From the IMG/VR virus record IMGVR_UViG_3300028588_000016, positions 96,001-160,000 of that record: a stretch of DNA of 64,000 nt. The stretch is one strand, 5' to 3'. Below the pieces are notes generated by a model, which was given only the letters and a program-made list of their open reading frames with translations, ran no database searches and was not told where the DNA came from. The stretch comes from a virus. Position 1 is the stretch's first letter. The number at the start of each line of letters is the position of its first letter. Made by a program: the position numbers and the translations under genes. Shown here in pieces: positions 31,910-40,185 of this stretch.

Positions 31910-32881
31910 CTATTTCTTGTTTAACGCTGTATGTTCTGACATACCAGAATCGTGTCTACGACCTAATCCTGTTTTACCATCTTTACCTTTAGGGTTGTTA
32001 CCTAATAAAGCTGTTTTGTGATCCTTACCTTTACTTTTAAGTTTCTTCAAAGCACTTAATTTAGGATTACCATGATCTTTACGACCACCGTGTGCATCAG
32101 CTGAATCCATGCCTTTAGGATTATTTCCTAAAACTGCAGTCTTACCGTCTTGTCCTTTATCTTTAATTGATCCGCCCTTAGCGAATGCTCTAGCTAATTG
32201 ACCTTGTGGTAAAGCTTGTCCCATTTGAGGAAGAGCTTGATTTTGTTTAGCACGATAATCTGTAAGTAATTTATCTACAAGTGGCCATTGACTTTCACTA
32301 GTCAAACCAGATGTAGTACCTTGCATTTTGTATACGTCTTTCATACCTGATTGAGTTCTAACATGATCCCATTCAGACTGTGTCATTTGACGCTGAGCAC
32401 CTCCAACACCTGCAGTGTTACGTCCTTGATTATATGGACCGTAGCCATATGTTTGAGGAGCTGCTCCACCAATTAGAGGTGAACCGCCTGTTTCTGTAGT
32501 TGCTTGCGCTGATCCACTAGATTGAGCTGGTTCGTTAACATATTCGTAACCAGAAGTAGTATTAGCTACACCACGATTACGTTGTGCAACTTGTGATTCC
32601 TGACCACCTTTCTTATAACCCCAACCATCGTAGACTTTAGACCAGTCTTCTTTCGGTGCTGACTTCTTAACTGCACCACCTTGTTGTAGTTTTTGTAAGT
32701 AACTTAACTTACCACCTTTTTGATTCATTGGAGTTTGTTTTTCTTTTTGAAACACCTCATACGCTTGTCTGACACCATCGTCACCCATCTCATTTAATTG
32801 TTGTTGCAATTCATCTTCAGATTCAACCTCTAGCTTTTGAGTTAACCATTCTATGAATTCTGCTTGTGTTTGTTCGTCCAT
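31910..32881 (-). CDS. putative internal virion (cargo) protein
   Basis: Low complexity; repeated QKGG/QQGG/AKGG motifs; duplicated KDxKTAxLGNNPKG near C-terminus. Confidence 0.5.
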   Translation of the reverse strand: MDEQTQAEFIEWLTQKLEVESEDELQQQLNEMGDDGVRQAYEVFQKEKQTPMNQKGGKLSYLQKLQQGGAVKKSAPKEDWSKVYDGWGYKKGGQESQVAQRNRGVANTTSGYEYVNEPAQSSGSAQATTETGGSPLIGGAAPQTYGYGPYNQGRNTAGVGGAQRQMTQSEWDHVRTQSGMKDVYKMQGTTSGLTSESQWPLVDKLLTDYRAKQNQALPQMGQALPQGQLARAFAKGGSIKDKGQDGKTAVLGNNPKGMDSADAHGGRKDHGNPKLSALKKLKSKGKDHKTALLGNNPKGKDGKTGLGRRHDSGMSEHTALNKK

Positions 32882-33366
32882 TATTGTTTCTTATCGTTTA
32901 ATTTTTCGAGTATGACTTTTCTAAGATTTAATGAAGCCCTATTATTATAAAGCATATCCTTGCCTATTATACCGTCTATTGAGTAACCAGTATGCCATTT
33001 TACATTAGCTTTAGTTTGTTTAAAGTTGTGTACATAAAATGTGTTATCCATGATACTAACTGCACGTGTTCTATTATTCGTATCTCCAGTTACAAGTACC
33101 AATTCCTCAGATGTTACGTTTTTAACTCGTAGTCTTTTCTTGATAACAACTAAGGAGTCTATGAAAGAAACCGGTGATTGTGAGTCTAATAGAAATATAT
33201 AATCTTCGCCTTGGATAGAAACTTTAATAATAGGTACCTTAGTTTCTGCCGTAAATTGTACTATCTGTATACTGTCTTTCGCGCCAACATAATCTGTACA
33301 TGTGATTGATGTTGTGCTTATGAACAATATAGCTAACAGTATTTGAATGCTCTTAATGATATTCAT
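32881..33366 (-). CDS. retropepsin-like aspartic protease with N-terminal hydrophobic segment
   Basis: FLLDSQS (variant of DT/SG) and DGIIGKDML motifs. Confidence 0.6.
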   Translation of the reverse strand: MNIIKSIQILLAILFISTTSITCTDYVGAKDSIQIVQFTAETKVPIIKVSIQGEDYIFLLDSQSPVSFIDSLVVIKKRLRVKNVTSEELVLVTGDTNNRTRAVSIMDNTFYVHNFKQTKANVKWHTGYSIDGIIGKDMLYNNRASLNLRKVILEKLNDKKQ

Positions 33367-33420
33367 TCTCTGTAATTATTTGTATAATTCGTTTAATTGA
33401 TTTGTTGTTATTAGCAAATG

Positions 33421-33428
33421 CAAATATA
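33421..33428 (-). promoter_or_regulatory. Bacteroidota -7 box TATATTTG
   Basis: Exact match immediately after a terminator. Confidence 0.6.
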
Positions 33429-33431
33429 TAC

Positions 33432-33462
33432 AAAAAAAGCGAGTATATTGCTATACTCGCTT
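33432..33462 (-). terminator. intrinsic terminator
   Basis: AAGCGAGTATA/TATACTCGCTT stem plus T run. Confidence 0.8.
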
Positions 33463-33503
33463 CATTCATTATAGATAAATTGTAGGTAATGAGATAAGAC
33501 TCA

Positions 33504-33788
33504 TTACAATTTCTGTAGATCTTTGGTGTTAAAAATAGCTTCTTGAAGCTTATTGTCTGTTGAAAACCATAAACACTTCATTCCTTCAAAGCTAGTCTTA
33601 CCTTCTTTAACGTGTAAAGTTTGAACCTTTTCTTTGATTAGCATGATTGGTTTATTGGGAATATCGTGTTTAATTGTAACACGATCTCCGGGGATAAAGA
33701 AAACTTTATCTTTGTTAGTTGTGAAGCTCTGGATCATCGAATATTCTTGATTGAAGGTTTTGCTCGTTAATTTGTTTATAACCTCCAT
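33504..33788 (-). CDS. conserved small beta protein (YodC/DUF2158-like); true start may be ATG 33737
   Basis: GDRVT.K...PIM...C.WF...LQEA.F motif. Confidence 0.5.
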   Translation of the reverse strand: MEVINKLTSKTFNQEYSMIQSFTTNKDKVFFIPGDRVTIKHDIPNKPIMLIKEKVQTLHVKEGKTSFEGMKCLWFSTDNKLQEAIFNTKDLQKL

Positions 33789-34074
33789 CTAGAATAGGCA
33801 ATACCCTACCTAACGTTCTTGGAAAATAAACCTCATCTCCTATTTGTACTGACTGTACTGTGTTACCTATAGCAACAACAGTAGCCATAACGATCTCTAA
33901 AGGATCTTGCTCAGCTTCACCACTCTCTTGCGAATGTGTCATGCTCTGACCACTCAATAGAATGCCGCCTTCGCTTTTGCTCTCTAGATATTTGTTTTCT
34001 TGTATTTCGTGAACCTTCACGATAATATAGTTCATTAAAGGTGCTAATACCTTTCCTCCGCCTAGTTTGATCAT
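33715..34074 (-). CDS. groES: co-chaperonin GroES-like protein
   Basis: PL.N.IIVK, GGILL mobile loop, VVAIG..V..VQIGDEV motifs. Confidence 0.75.
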   Translation of the reverse strand: MIKLGGGKVLAPLMNYIIVKVHEIQENKYLESKSEGGILLSGQSMTHSQESGEAEQDPLEIVMATVVAIGNTVQSVQIGDEVYFPRTLGRVLPILDGGYKQINEQNLQSRIFDDPELHN

Positions 34075-34103
34075 TGTCTTATTATTTATTTAGTTTTTAT
34101 TGT

Positions 34104-34373
34104 TTAATCGCAATTTTCAGCAACTTCTAAATCGATATCTTCTTTATCGTCTTCATTCAAGTCAATCATTAAATCATCTAGTGTAACAGGGCAACCCACG
34201 TTTCTAGTGTCTAATGAATTCTTTATTAAGTTACTTACTTGTGTTAATACTACAGCAATGTTTAATGCTGAAACGTTTGGTTTATTTCGTAAGCCGTCTA
34301 AAACGTCTACTACTGATTGAACCTCTTGTAAGGTTGTGTGAGTGTTCCCACTAATTGTAATCTTGATTTTCAT
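34104..34373 (-). CDS. hypothetical protein
   Basis: 89-aa ORF in operon. Confidence 0.55.
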   Translation of the reverse strand: MKIKITISGNTHTTLQEVQSVVDVLDGLRNKPNVSALNIAVVLTQVSNLIKNSLDTRNVGCPVTLDDLMIDLNEDDKEDIDLEVAENCD

Positions 34374-34397
34374 ATTATTTCTTATTAGTTTGTTATG

Positions 34398-34664
34398 TTA
34401 CCATTTCCCTGAAGGACAGTGAGCTTCTGGTTTACGAGTCTTAGCGTGTAATCTACAATTACAGCCTTTAAAGTAACCAGGTTTTTCTGTATAAGAAGTG
34501 TCACCTGTCTGAGGATTGAGCCATAGGTCTGGGTTACAAACCCAGCCTAAGAAGCTCTTATGATAAAGGGGACACACTTTGCATATTGCCAGCCTTTCGT
34601 TTGAGAGTTGCTCTTCGCGATTAAAAAGCTCGTTGAAGTGTCCACCGATTATGTCTTTTATCAT
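34398..34664 (-). CDS. small Cys-rich zinc-binding protein
   Basis: RLAICKVCP...GCNCRLHAKTR...HCPSGKW. Confidence 0.7.
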   Translation of the reverse strand: MIKDIIGGHFNELFNREEQLSNERLAICKVCPLYHKSFLGWVCNPDLWLNPQTGDTSYTEKPGYFKGCNCRLHAKTRKPEAHCPSGKW

Positions 34665-34690
34665 TGTGCAAATTTATGTTTAATTATTGA

Positions 34691-35656
34691 TTATAACAAC
34701 TTTTTATGATCTTCTTTAAATTGTTCCTGCACTAATTGACGTTTGTAATGAATTAATAGTCTGCCTACTTCTTCCTTTAAATAAGGTACTTCGTAATCAG
34801 TTTCTTTACCTTCACCGTCAATGTGTAATAATCTTAAAACCTTTATATTAAATTCTGGATTAATTCTTTGTAACATGAAAGCATATATAGATAACTGTAA
34901 CGCATAGTGATTAAGCATATGGTTATCTAAGTTGTTAATAGGGAAGAACATTTTCTCTGCTTTCTTCTTCTTAAAATCAAAGAAGGCTTTGTCTTTCATA
35001 CCTTTAGCATTAGTCTTGTAGTCAAGAATATAAATATCATTACCGTCTTTTATAAGTAAATCAATTTGTCCTGCTAAATGTAGTATGTTATCTTTATCAG
35101 AGAAGTAAACTAAATACTCCGGTAAGATAGCTTTCTGACGATTTAAGTCAAAGTTGTTTTTCTCACATACGAAATCCTCATCTCCTTCTACAGGTAGAAT
35201 CTCAGATAAGTTAGGACGTTGTTTGGTGTACCATTTATTCTCTTTTTGTAAGTGATGACTAGTGCCACGCTCACAAGCATCGTCTGCTGCTTTCTTATAA
35301 GAAGCTTTAATATTCTGTACTTCAGTTTCAAATGCAGGAATTTCTATTCCGTTATCTGTAACATAACGATAATCAAATCTCTTCTTATCTAATAGTATTC
35401 TTTTTAAATCAGAAGCAGGACCTCGCTTAACTGTACCATCTTTAGCTGTTGACTTAATCGGTCCACTAAAGATATCTTCTCCGATTAACTTTTCTAAAGC
35501 TTTATATCTAGCCCAAAACTCTTCATCAAAGTGAGGATAGTATTTACCAATTAAGGTTGTTACTGATGTGTAGCTTCTGTCATTGTAACGAGTATTCCAA
35601 TATTTATGGAACTCTTCGTTAAAGGCCATTTCGCCATTTACTTTGTCTATATGCAT
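34691..35656 (-). CDS. PD-(D/E)XK (Cas4-like) exonuclease
   Basis: RGTSHH, AGQIDLL...ILDYKT, YALQLSIY motifs. Confidence 0.8.
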   Translation of the reverse strand: MHIDKVNGEMAFNEEFHKYWNTRYNDRSYTSVTTLIGKYYPHFDEEFWARYKALEKLIGEDIFSGPIKSTAKDGTVKRGPASDLKRILLDKKRFDYRYVTDNGIEIPAFETEVQNIKASYKKAADDACERGTSHHLQKENKWYTKQRPNLSEILPVEGDEDFVCEKNNFDLNRQKAILPEYLVYFSDKDNILHLAGQIDLLIKDGNDIYILDYKTNAKGMKDKAFFDFKKKKAEKMFFPINNLDNHMLNHYALQLSIYAFMLQRINPEFNIKVLRLLHIDGEGKETDYEVPYLKEEVGRLLIHYKRQLVQEQFKEDHKKLL

Positions 35657-35683
35657 TGTGGTATTATTTCAAGTGTTAAAATA

Positions 35684-35691
35684 CAAATATA
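35684..35691 (-). promoter_or_regulatory. Bacteroidota -7 box TATATTTG
   Basis: Exact match directly after groEL terminator. Confidence 0.6.
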
Positions 35692-35695
35692 CGAA

Positions 35696-35743
35696 AAAAG
35701 GAGAACAAATCCCAACTATACAGTCAGCACTTGTTCTCCTTTT
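35696..35743 (-). terminator. intrinsic terminator after groEL
   Basis: AAAAGGAGAACAA/TTGTTCTCCTTTT 13-bp stem. Confidence 0.75.
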
Positions 35744-35749
35744 GTAATA

Positions 35750-37312
35750 TTATGAATCAGCTAAAACACATTCTGTAGTAAGAAGCATAGACGCTACGGA
35801 TGCAGCGTTTTCTAATGCAACTCTAGTTACTTTAGCCGGATCAATGATACCGTCTTTAACTAGGTCTGTGATTTCTTCATCAAGTACATTATATCCATAA
35901 TTGACACTTGTGTATTGTTCTAGATTATGTAGTTCTGTTTTGGCATCAATACCTGCGTTATTTAGTATAGCAGTCATAGGTACTCTTAAAGATTCTTTAA
36001 CAATTCTGTAACCGATACTAAAATCGTTATCTTGATGATCTGAACTTAGTTCATCGTAAGCGTGATAAAGCGTAGCACCACCACCTGCAACAATACCTTC
36101 TTCGATTGCAGCCTTAGTAGCAGCTAGAGCGTCATCTATTCTGTCAGTCTTTTCGCGTAATTCAATTTCTGAACCTGCACCGATATAGATAATTCCTATT
36201 CCACCATCTAACTTAGCAATACGATCTCTAAGTTTTTCTTTATCCCAATCTTCTTTAGTTGTAGATAATTGTTGTTGTAAGATATTTACTCTTTCAGTAA
36301 TAGCTTCTTTATCGGTAGCGTGCTTAATGAATGTAGTTTTCTCTTTACCAACGATTACTTTATTAGCGAAACCTAAATCGGCCATTGTGGCTTTGTCTAA
36401 CTTCATGCCATCTGCTTCACTAATTAAAGTAGCGCCAGTTATAATAGCTAAATCTTCTAAGTATGCACGTCTTGTTTCGTTAAAACCAGGTGCTTTAATA
36501 GCGGCAAATTTAATTATACCTTGATTAGCGTTTAATATTAAGCTACTTAAAGCTTCTCCTTCTAAGTCTTCGCACACAAGTAACATTGGCTTATCTAGCT
36601 TAGCTACTTGTTCTAAGATTGGAAGAATTTGTTTTATGTTAGTTACTTTTCTATCAAATAATAAAATAGCAACATCTTCTAATTCTGCTTGCATCTTACC
36701 CATATCAGTTACGAAATGAGCAGATATGTAACCTCTGTCAATCTCAACGCCATTAACAATTTCTACATAAGTAGAAGTGTTTTGACTTTGAGCAGTTTTA
36801 ACTACACCGTTTTTACCTACAGCTTCAATAGCTGTTGAGATAAGTTCACCGATATATTCATCGTTATTGGCAGATACTGTAGCTACTTGTTGAATTACTT
36901 CTTTAGTGTGTACACTTTGACGCACATTCTTTATAAAGCTAGTAACTTGTTTAACAGCAGCATCCATACCTTTTTTAATTCCCATAGGATTAACACCGTT
37001 CTTAACGTGAGGTAATCCTAATTCGATCATACTTTGTGCTAATACTGTAGCAGTAGTAGTTCCATCTCCCGCTTGATCTGCTTGTCTTGAAGCAACATCT
37101 TTTACCATTTCCACACCCATATTTTGTAATGAGTCATTTAGTGTTACAGCTTTAGCAACTGTTACACCATCTTTAGTCATTACAGGTGATCCATTTCTGT
37201 CGATAACTACCGTTCGTCCTTTTGGACCTAGAGTTACCTTTACTGCATTCGCTAAAATATCAACGCCTTCTTTCAGACCTTGTCTAGCTTCATTCCCATA
37301 TATTGCTTTCAC
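35750..37312 (-). CDS. groEL: chaperonin GroEL
   Basis: VKVTLGPKGR, TKDGVTVAK, AGDGTTTATVLA, GIIDPAKVTRVALENAAS; GTG start; no GGM tail. Confidence 0.95.
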   Translation of the reverse strand: MKAIYGNEARQGLKEGVDILANAVKVTLGPKGRTVVIDRNGSPVMTKDGVTVAKAVTLNDSLQNMGVEMVKDVASRQADQAGDGTTTATVLAQSMIELGLPHVKNGVNPMGIKKGMDAAVKQVTSFIKNVRQSVHTKEVIQQVATVSANNDEYIGELISTAIEAVGKNGVVKTAQSQNTSTYVEIVNGVEIDRGYISAHFVTDMGKMQAELEDVAILLFDRKVTNIKQILPILEQVAKLDKPMLLVCEDLEGEALSSLILNANQGIIKFAAIKAPGFNETRRAYLEDLAIITGATLISEADGMKLDKATMADLGFANKVIVGKEKTTFIKHATDKEAITERVNILQQQLSTTKEDWDKEKLRDRIAKLDGGIGIIYIGAGSEIELREKTDRIDDALAATKAAIEEGIVAGGGATLYHAYDELSSDHQDNDFSIGYRIVKESLRVPMTAILNNAGIDAKTELHNLEQYTSVNYGYNVLDEEITDLVKDGIIDPAKVTRVALENAASVASMLLTTECVLADS

Positions 37313-37315
37313 GAA

Positions 37316-37558
37316 TTAAATTAGTCTTAAAAGTTCAATAGCTTTATCTTCTAAGTGATCGGTTAATCTACTATGTTTAGGTATTGCATGTAGTAAAGCC
37401 ACTACAGCGTTAACCTTGTCATTAAAAGTAATAGTTGTGCTGTCATAGTAACCGTAATTAAAACTTGTAGTACCTAAGTTTAGACTAGCGTTCTGCGTGT
37501 GTACGTAATTAACTGATTCTTGATAACCGTTGTTTAAATCATTTTCTGTCATTGTCAT
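37316..37558 (-). CDS. hypothetical protein
   Basis: 80-aa ORF between tRNA-Thr and groEL. Confidence 0.5.
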   Translation of the reverse strand: MTMTENDLNNGYQESVNYVHTQNASLNLGTTSFNYGYYDSTTITFNDKVNAVVALLHAIPKHSRLTDHLEDKAIELLRLI

Positions 37559-37570
37559 ATTTTTAATTTG

Positions 37571-37644
37571 AGCATCCGAACGGCCTCGAACCGATAACCT
37601 CCGCGTTACAAAGGCGGTGCTCTACCTACTTGAGCTACAGATGC
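37571..37644 (-). tRNA. tRNA-Thr(UGU)
   Basis: Cloverleaf folded by hand; loop TT-TGT-AA. Confidence 0.85.
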
Positions 37645-37719
37645 AGGAGCAGACGAATTTATATACCGGCAGTTAATTGTCCACAGCTCCGGTGTGTACT
37701 TTAAATTGTTAGAAGGGTG

Positions 37720-37792
37720 TAGCCCGCCAGGGAATCGAACCCTGATCTGCTGAGGGAAAGTCAACCGTCCTAAACCGTTAGACGAACGGGCC
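37720..37792 (-). tRNA. tRNA-Glu(UUC)
   Basis: Cloverleaf; loop CT-TTC-CC. Confidence 0.85.
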
Positions 37793-37917
37793 ATTTTACT
37801 TTTTATAATAACCTGAGAAGTATAACTCCGCCAACCTACGATTTGGAGGGAGAAGTGTGCATAGAAGAGGCACTCCCTATCTTCGATCCTTACTCGTGCA
37901 CAAGCAGAGGGCTAATG

Positions 37918-37991
37918 TTGCGGGAGGTCGGATTCGAACCGACGATTTCAGGCTTATGAGACCTACGAGATAACCACTTCTCTACTCCGCA
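37918..37991 (-). tRNA. tRNA-Met(CAU), initiator-like, one extra C in acceptor 3' strand
   Basis: Loop CT-CAT-AA; TGCGGAG pairs with CTCC(C)GCA. Confidence 0.75.
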
Positions 37992-38001
37992 ATCTATTTG
38001 T

Positions 38002-38259
38002 TTATTTTGTTTGTAGTTCTTCTTGTTTCAGATCATGAACTATTTTATCAATTAAAGCACGTTCAGCAGCTTCTGCTTCATAAGCTTTAGCCATAGCACC
38101 CATAGTTTCAGCTTCAATTTCATAAACTTCACCTGTTTCGTAATCTAATAAAGCTGTAGTCAATAGATCGGCTTTAAACCTAGGATTCTCACAGATTGAA
38201 TCTGGACAAACCTCATCCTCTGATACGTAATCAAAGTCTTCAATACTTGTTATTTCCAT
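38002..38259 (-). CDS. hypothetical acidic protein
   Basis: 85 aa; ATG abuts 3' end of tRNA-Leu. Confidence 0.6.
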   Translation of the reverse strand: MEITSIEDFDYVSEDEVCPDSICENPRFKADLLTTALLDYETGEVYEIEAETMGAMAKAYEAEAAERALIDKIVHDLKQEELQTK

Positions 38260-38260
38260 G

Positions 38261-38336
38261 TAGCCTTGGAGAGACTCGAACTCTCAAAATCTCTTGATCC
38301 TAAGTCAAGCGGCTTTACCAATTTACCCACAAAGCT
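38261..38336 (-). tRNA. tRNA-Leu(UAG), short variable region
   Basis: Cloverleaf; loop CT-TAG-GA. Confidence 0.85.
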
Positions 38337-38339
38337 ATG

Positions 38340-38411
38340 TTATCCTATATAGATTCGAACTACAATCTTCTGAACCAAAATCAGACGTGCTAACCGTTGC
38401 ACCATAGGATA
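38340..38411 (-). tRNA. tRNA-Gln(UUG)
   Basis: Cloverleaf; loop TT-TTG-GT. Confidence 0.85.
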
Positions 38412-38469
38412 GTATGCAGGAGCGTCACTTCCTGCGATTTAACGACGCCCTGTAACAATTGGGAGAAGG

Positions 38470-38772
38470 TTACGCTTTTCGGATTCTTAATCCATTAATA
38501 TAGTCAGTAATTGAATCTCTATAATTAGGAGACAATTTAGATAGTTCTTCTATAACAGCTTCATAGACATCTTTAACAGGACGAATCACGTAGTGACTGT
38601 CAGATTCTCCTACACCTTCATTATGAATAGTACAAAGGTTACTATCGTATCCTAAGTTTTCTATAAATGTACGTGCTAGTTTATCTCTAACGTCGTCTGT
38701 TCCGTATGCTACTGTAGCACGTATTACTGGTTTCATTAAACCATCAAAATCATAAGTTACTTTACTTTTCAT
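38470..38772 (-). CDS. hypothetical protein
   Basis: 100-aa ORF within tRNA cluster. Confidence 0.6.
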   Translation of the reverse strand: MKSKVTYDFDGLMKPVIRATVAYGTDDVRDKLARTFIENLGYDSNLCTIHNEGVGESDSHYVIRPVKDVYEAVIEELSKLSPNYRDSITDYINGLRIRKA

Positions 38773-38808
38773 TGTGTTATTTATAACCTGCCTAAATTGG
38801 TCAAGGTG

Positions 38809-38881
38809 TTCACAACAGAAGAGTCGAACTTCTGACGCCTAGCTCTTCAGGCTAGCGCTCTACCACCTGAGCTAGTTGTGA
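38809..38881 (-). tRNA. tRNA-Phe(GAA)
   Basis: Cloverleaf; loop CT-GAA-GA. Confidence 0.9.
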
Positions 38882-38887
38882 ATATAG

Positions 38888-38961
38888 TTGGCAATACAGG
38901 ATTCGAACCTGTCACCTATTGATTAGAAGTCAATCGCTCTATCCGAATGAGCTAATCGCCA
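38888..38961 (-). tRNA. tRNA-Arg(UCU)
   Basis: Cloverleaf; loop CT-TCT-AA. Confidence 0.9.
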
Positions 38962-38964
38962 ATG

Positions 38965-39039
38965 TAGACAATGCAGGATTTGAACCTGCGACATCGAAAG
39001 TATCAGTTTCGCGCTCTAACCAGGCTGAGCTAATTGTCT
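38965..39039 (-). tRNA. tRNA-Ile(GAU)
   Basis: Cloverleaf; loop CT-GAT-AC. Confidence 0.9.
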
Positions 39040-39341
39040 ATTCTGTATGCTTTACGTCTTTCAGCCGAAGTAAGATCGTCGTTAAGCAATAAATTCTTAC
39101 ATCTTTTAATCTCTTCCTTAGTAGGCTTCCTGAAGCAGTCTATGTTTCTATAGAAGTCTACAAATGGAATATGACGTCCCAAAGTATAGAAATCATCCAT
39201 AACGTTATTTAAGAAGTAATAGTAATAAAGTATTTGTCCAACTCTAACATGCAAAGGATTATCTTTAATACATACCCAAATAGGAACTCCATACTCAGTT
39301 TCATGTGCCTCTTGTAACCAAGAATCTAATATTTGTTTCAT
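39030..39341 (-). CDS. hypothetical protein (103 aa)
   Basis: ATG 39341 abuts tRNA-Val 3' end; TAG stop lies inside tRNA-Ile. Confidence 0.6.
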   Translation of the reverse strand: MKQILDSWLQEAHETEYGVPIWVCIKDNPLHVRVGQILYYYYFLNNVMDDFYTLGRHIPFVDFYRNIDCFRKPTKEEIKRCKNLLLNDDLTSAERRKAYRIDN

Positions 39342-39342
39342 G

Positions 39343-39416
39343 TAGAGAATATAGGGTTCGAACCTATGATCCTTCGGATGTAAACCGAATGCTTTCAACC
39401 GCTAAGCTAATTCTCT
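39343..39416 (-). tRNA. tRNA-Val(UAC)
   Basis: Cloverleaf; loop TT-TAC-AT. Confidence 0.85.
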
Positions 39417-39424
39417 ATTTATTG

Positions 39425-39497
39425 CAGTCCCGATGGGAGTCGAACCCACTAAACCCCGATAGACAGTCGGGTACAACAGCCGTTATGCGCCGAGACC
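39425..39497 (-). tRNA. tRNA-Asp(GUC)
   Basis: Cloverleaf with weak D-arm; loop CT-GTC-TA. Confidence 0.8.
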
Positions 39498-39505
39498 AAG
39501 TTATG

Positions 39506-39590
39506 TGAGATAGGTAGGATTCGAACCTACTGCGTATCTTAGTGACGGATTTACAGTCCGTTGCTACTCCACCGTCGTAGCCGCTATCCC
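39506..39590 (-). tRNA. tRNA-Tyr(GUA)
   Basis: Cloverleaf with long variable region; loop CT-GTA-AA. Confidence 0.9.
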
Positions 39591-39845
39591 AATTATCTTT
39601 TTGTTTAAATCATCTTGGTTAAATGTAACCATCCAGCAACTGCATGACCTGCTTGAAACTAATTAACATATAATTCATGTAAGCTACGTATCGCTTATAA
39701 GAATTAGCATTCGCGGTTCATCGAACTCTTATGTTAGTTTTGTTTAAGAGTTAGTATTCTAATAAGCCTTTGCACAAGGTACGTCTTATTAAATTACCAA
39801 CAGTTTTTATGGTTGTGATCTATTTACAGTTTGTGCTAACTGTTG

Positions 39846-39935
39846 AAGTAGATGTGAGATTCGAACTCACGATGCTCTTGCGAGACATGACGGTTTTCAA
39901 GACCGTTGCAATAAGCCGGACTCTTCCAATCTACT
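39846..39935 (-). tRNA. tRNA-Ser(UGA)
   Basis: Long variable arm; loop CT-TGA-AA. Confidence 0.9.
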
Positions 39936-39936
39936 A

Positions 39937-40012
39937 TGGTGGACACGCACAGATTTGAACTGTATCTTCCGAGGTGCAAGCTCGGCGCATTTGCCATTTA
40001 TGCTAACGGCCC
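39937..40012 (-). tRNA. tRNA-Ala(UGC), encoded CCA, imperfect acceptor stem
   Basis: G3-U70 pair; loop CT-TGC-AC. Confidence 0.75.
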
Positions 40013-40018
40013 ATTTAG

Positions 40019-40106
40019 AAGTGAATACAGGATTCGAACCTGTGGAGGTGATTAACCCCGCTCGGATAGCAACCGAGTACGATAAGCCAGGCTCTGTCAA
40101 TTCACT
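40019..40106 (-). tRNA. tRNA-Ser(GCU)
   Basis: Long variable arm; loop TT-GCT-AT. Confidence 0.9.
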
Positions 40107-40110
40107 ATTG

Positions 40111-40182
40111 AGGGAAAGCTAGGGATCGAACCTAGGACCCAGACTTTAACAAAGTCTCGCTCTACCGCTGAGCTACTTACCC
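40111..40182 (-). tRNA. tRNA-Asn(GUU)
   Basis: Cloverleaf; loop TT-GTT-AA. Confidence 0.85.
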
Positions 40183-40185
40183 TTA

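Noticed and set aside
37606-37794. 62-aa ORF, and similar ORFs at 39305, 39770, 39897 and 54532
   Set aside because: They overlap tRNA genes and translate tRNA sequence.
39600-39760. Possible TAG read-through peptide and AACTCTTA/TAAGAGTT hairpin in tRNA spacer
   Set aside because: No start codon in that frame; short AT-rich hairpin is expected by chance or as a processing site.
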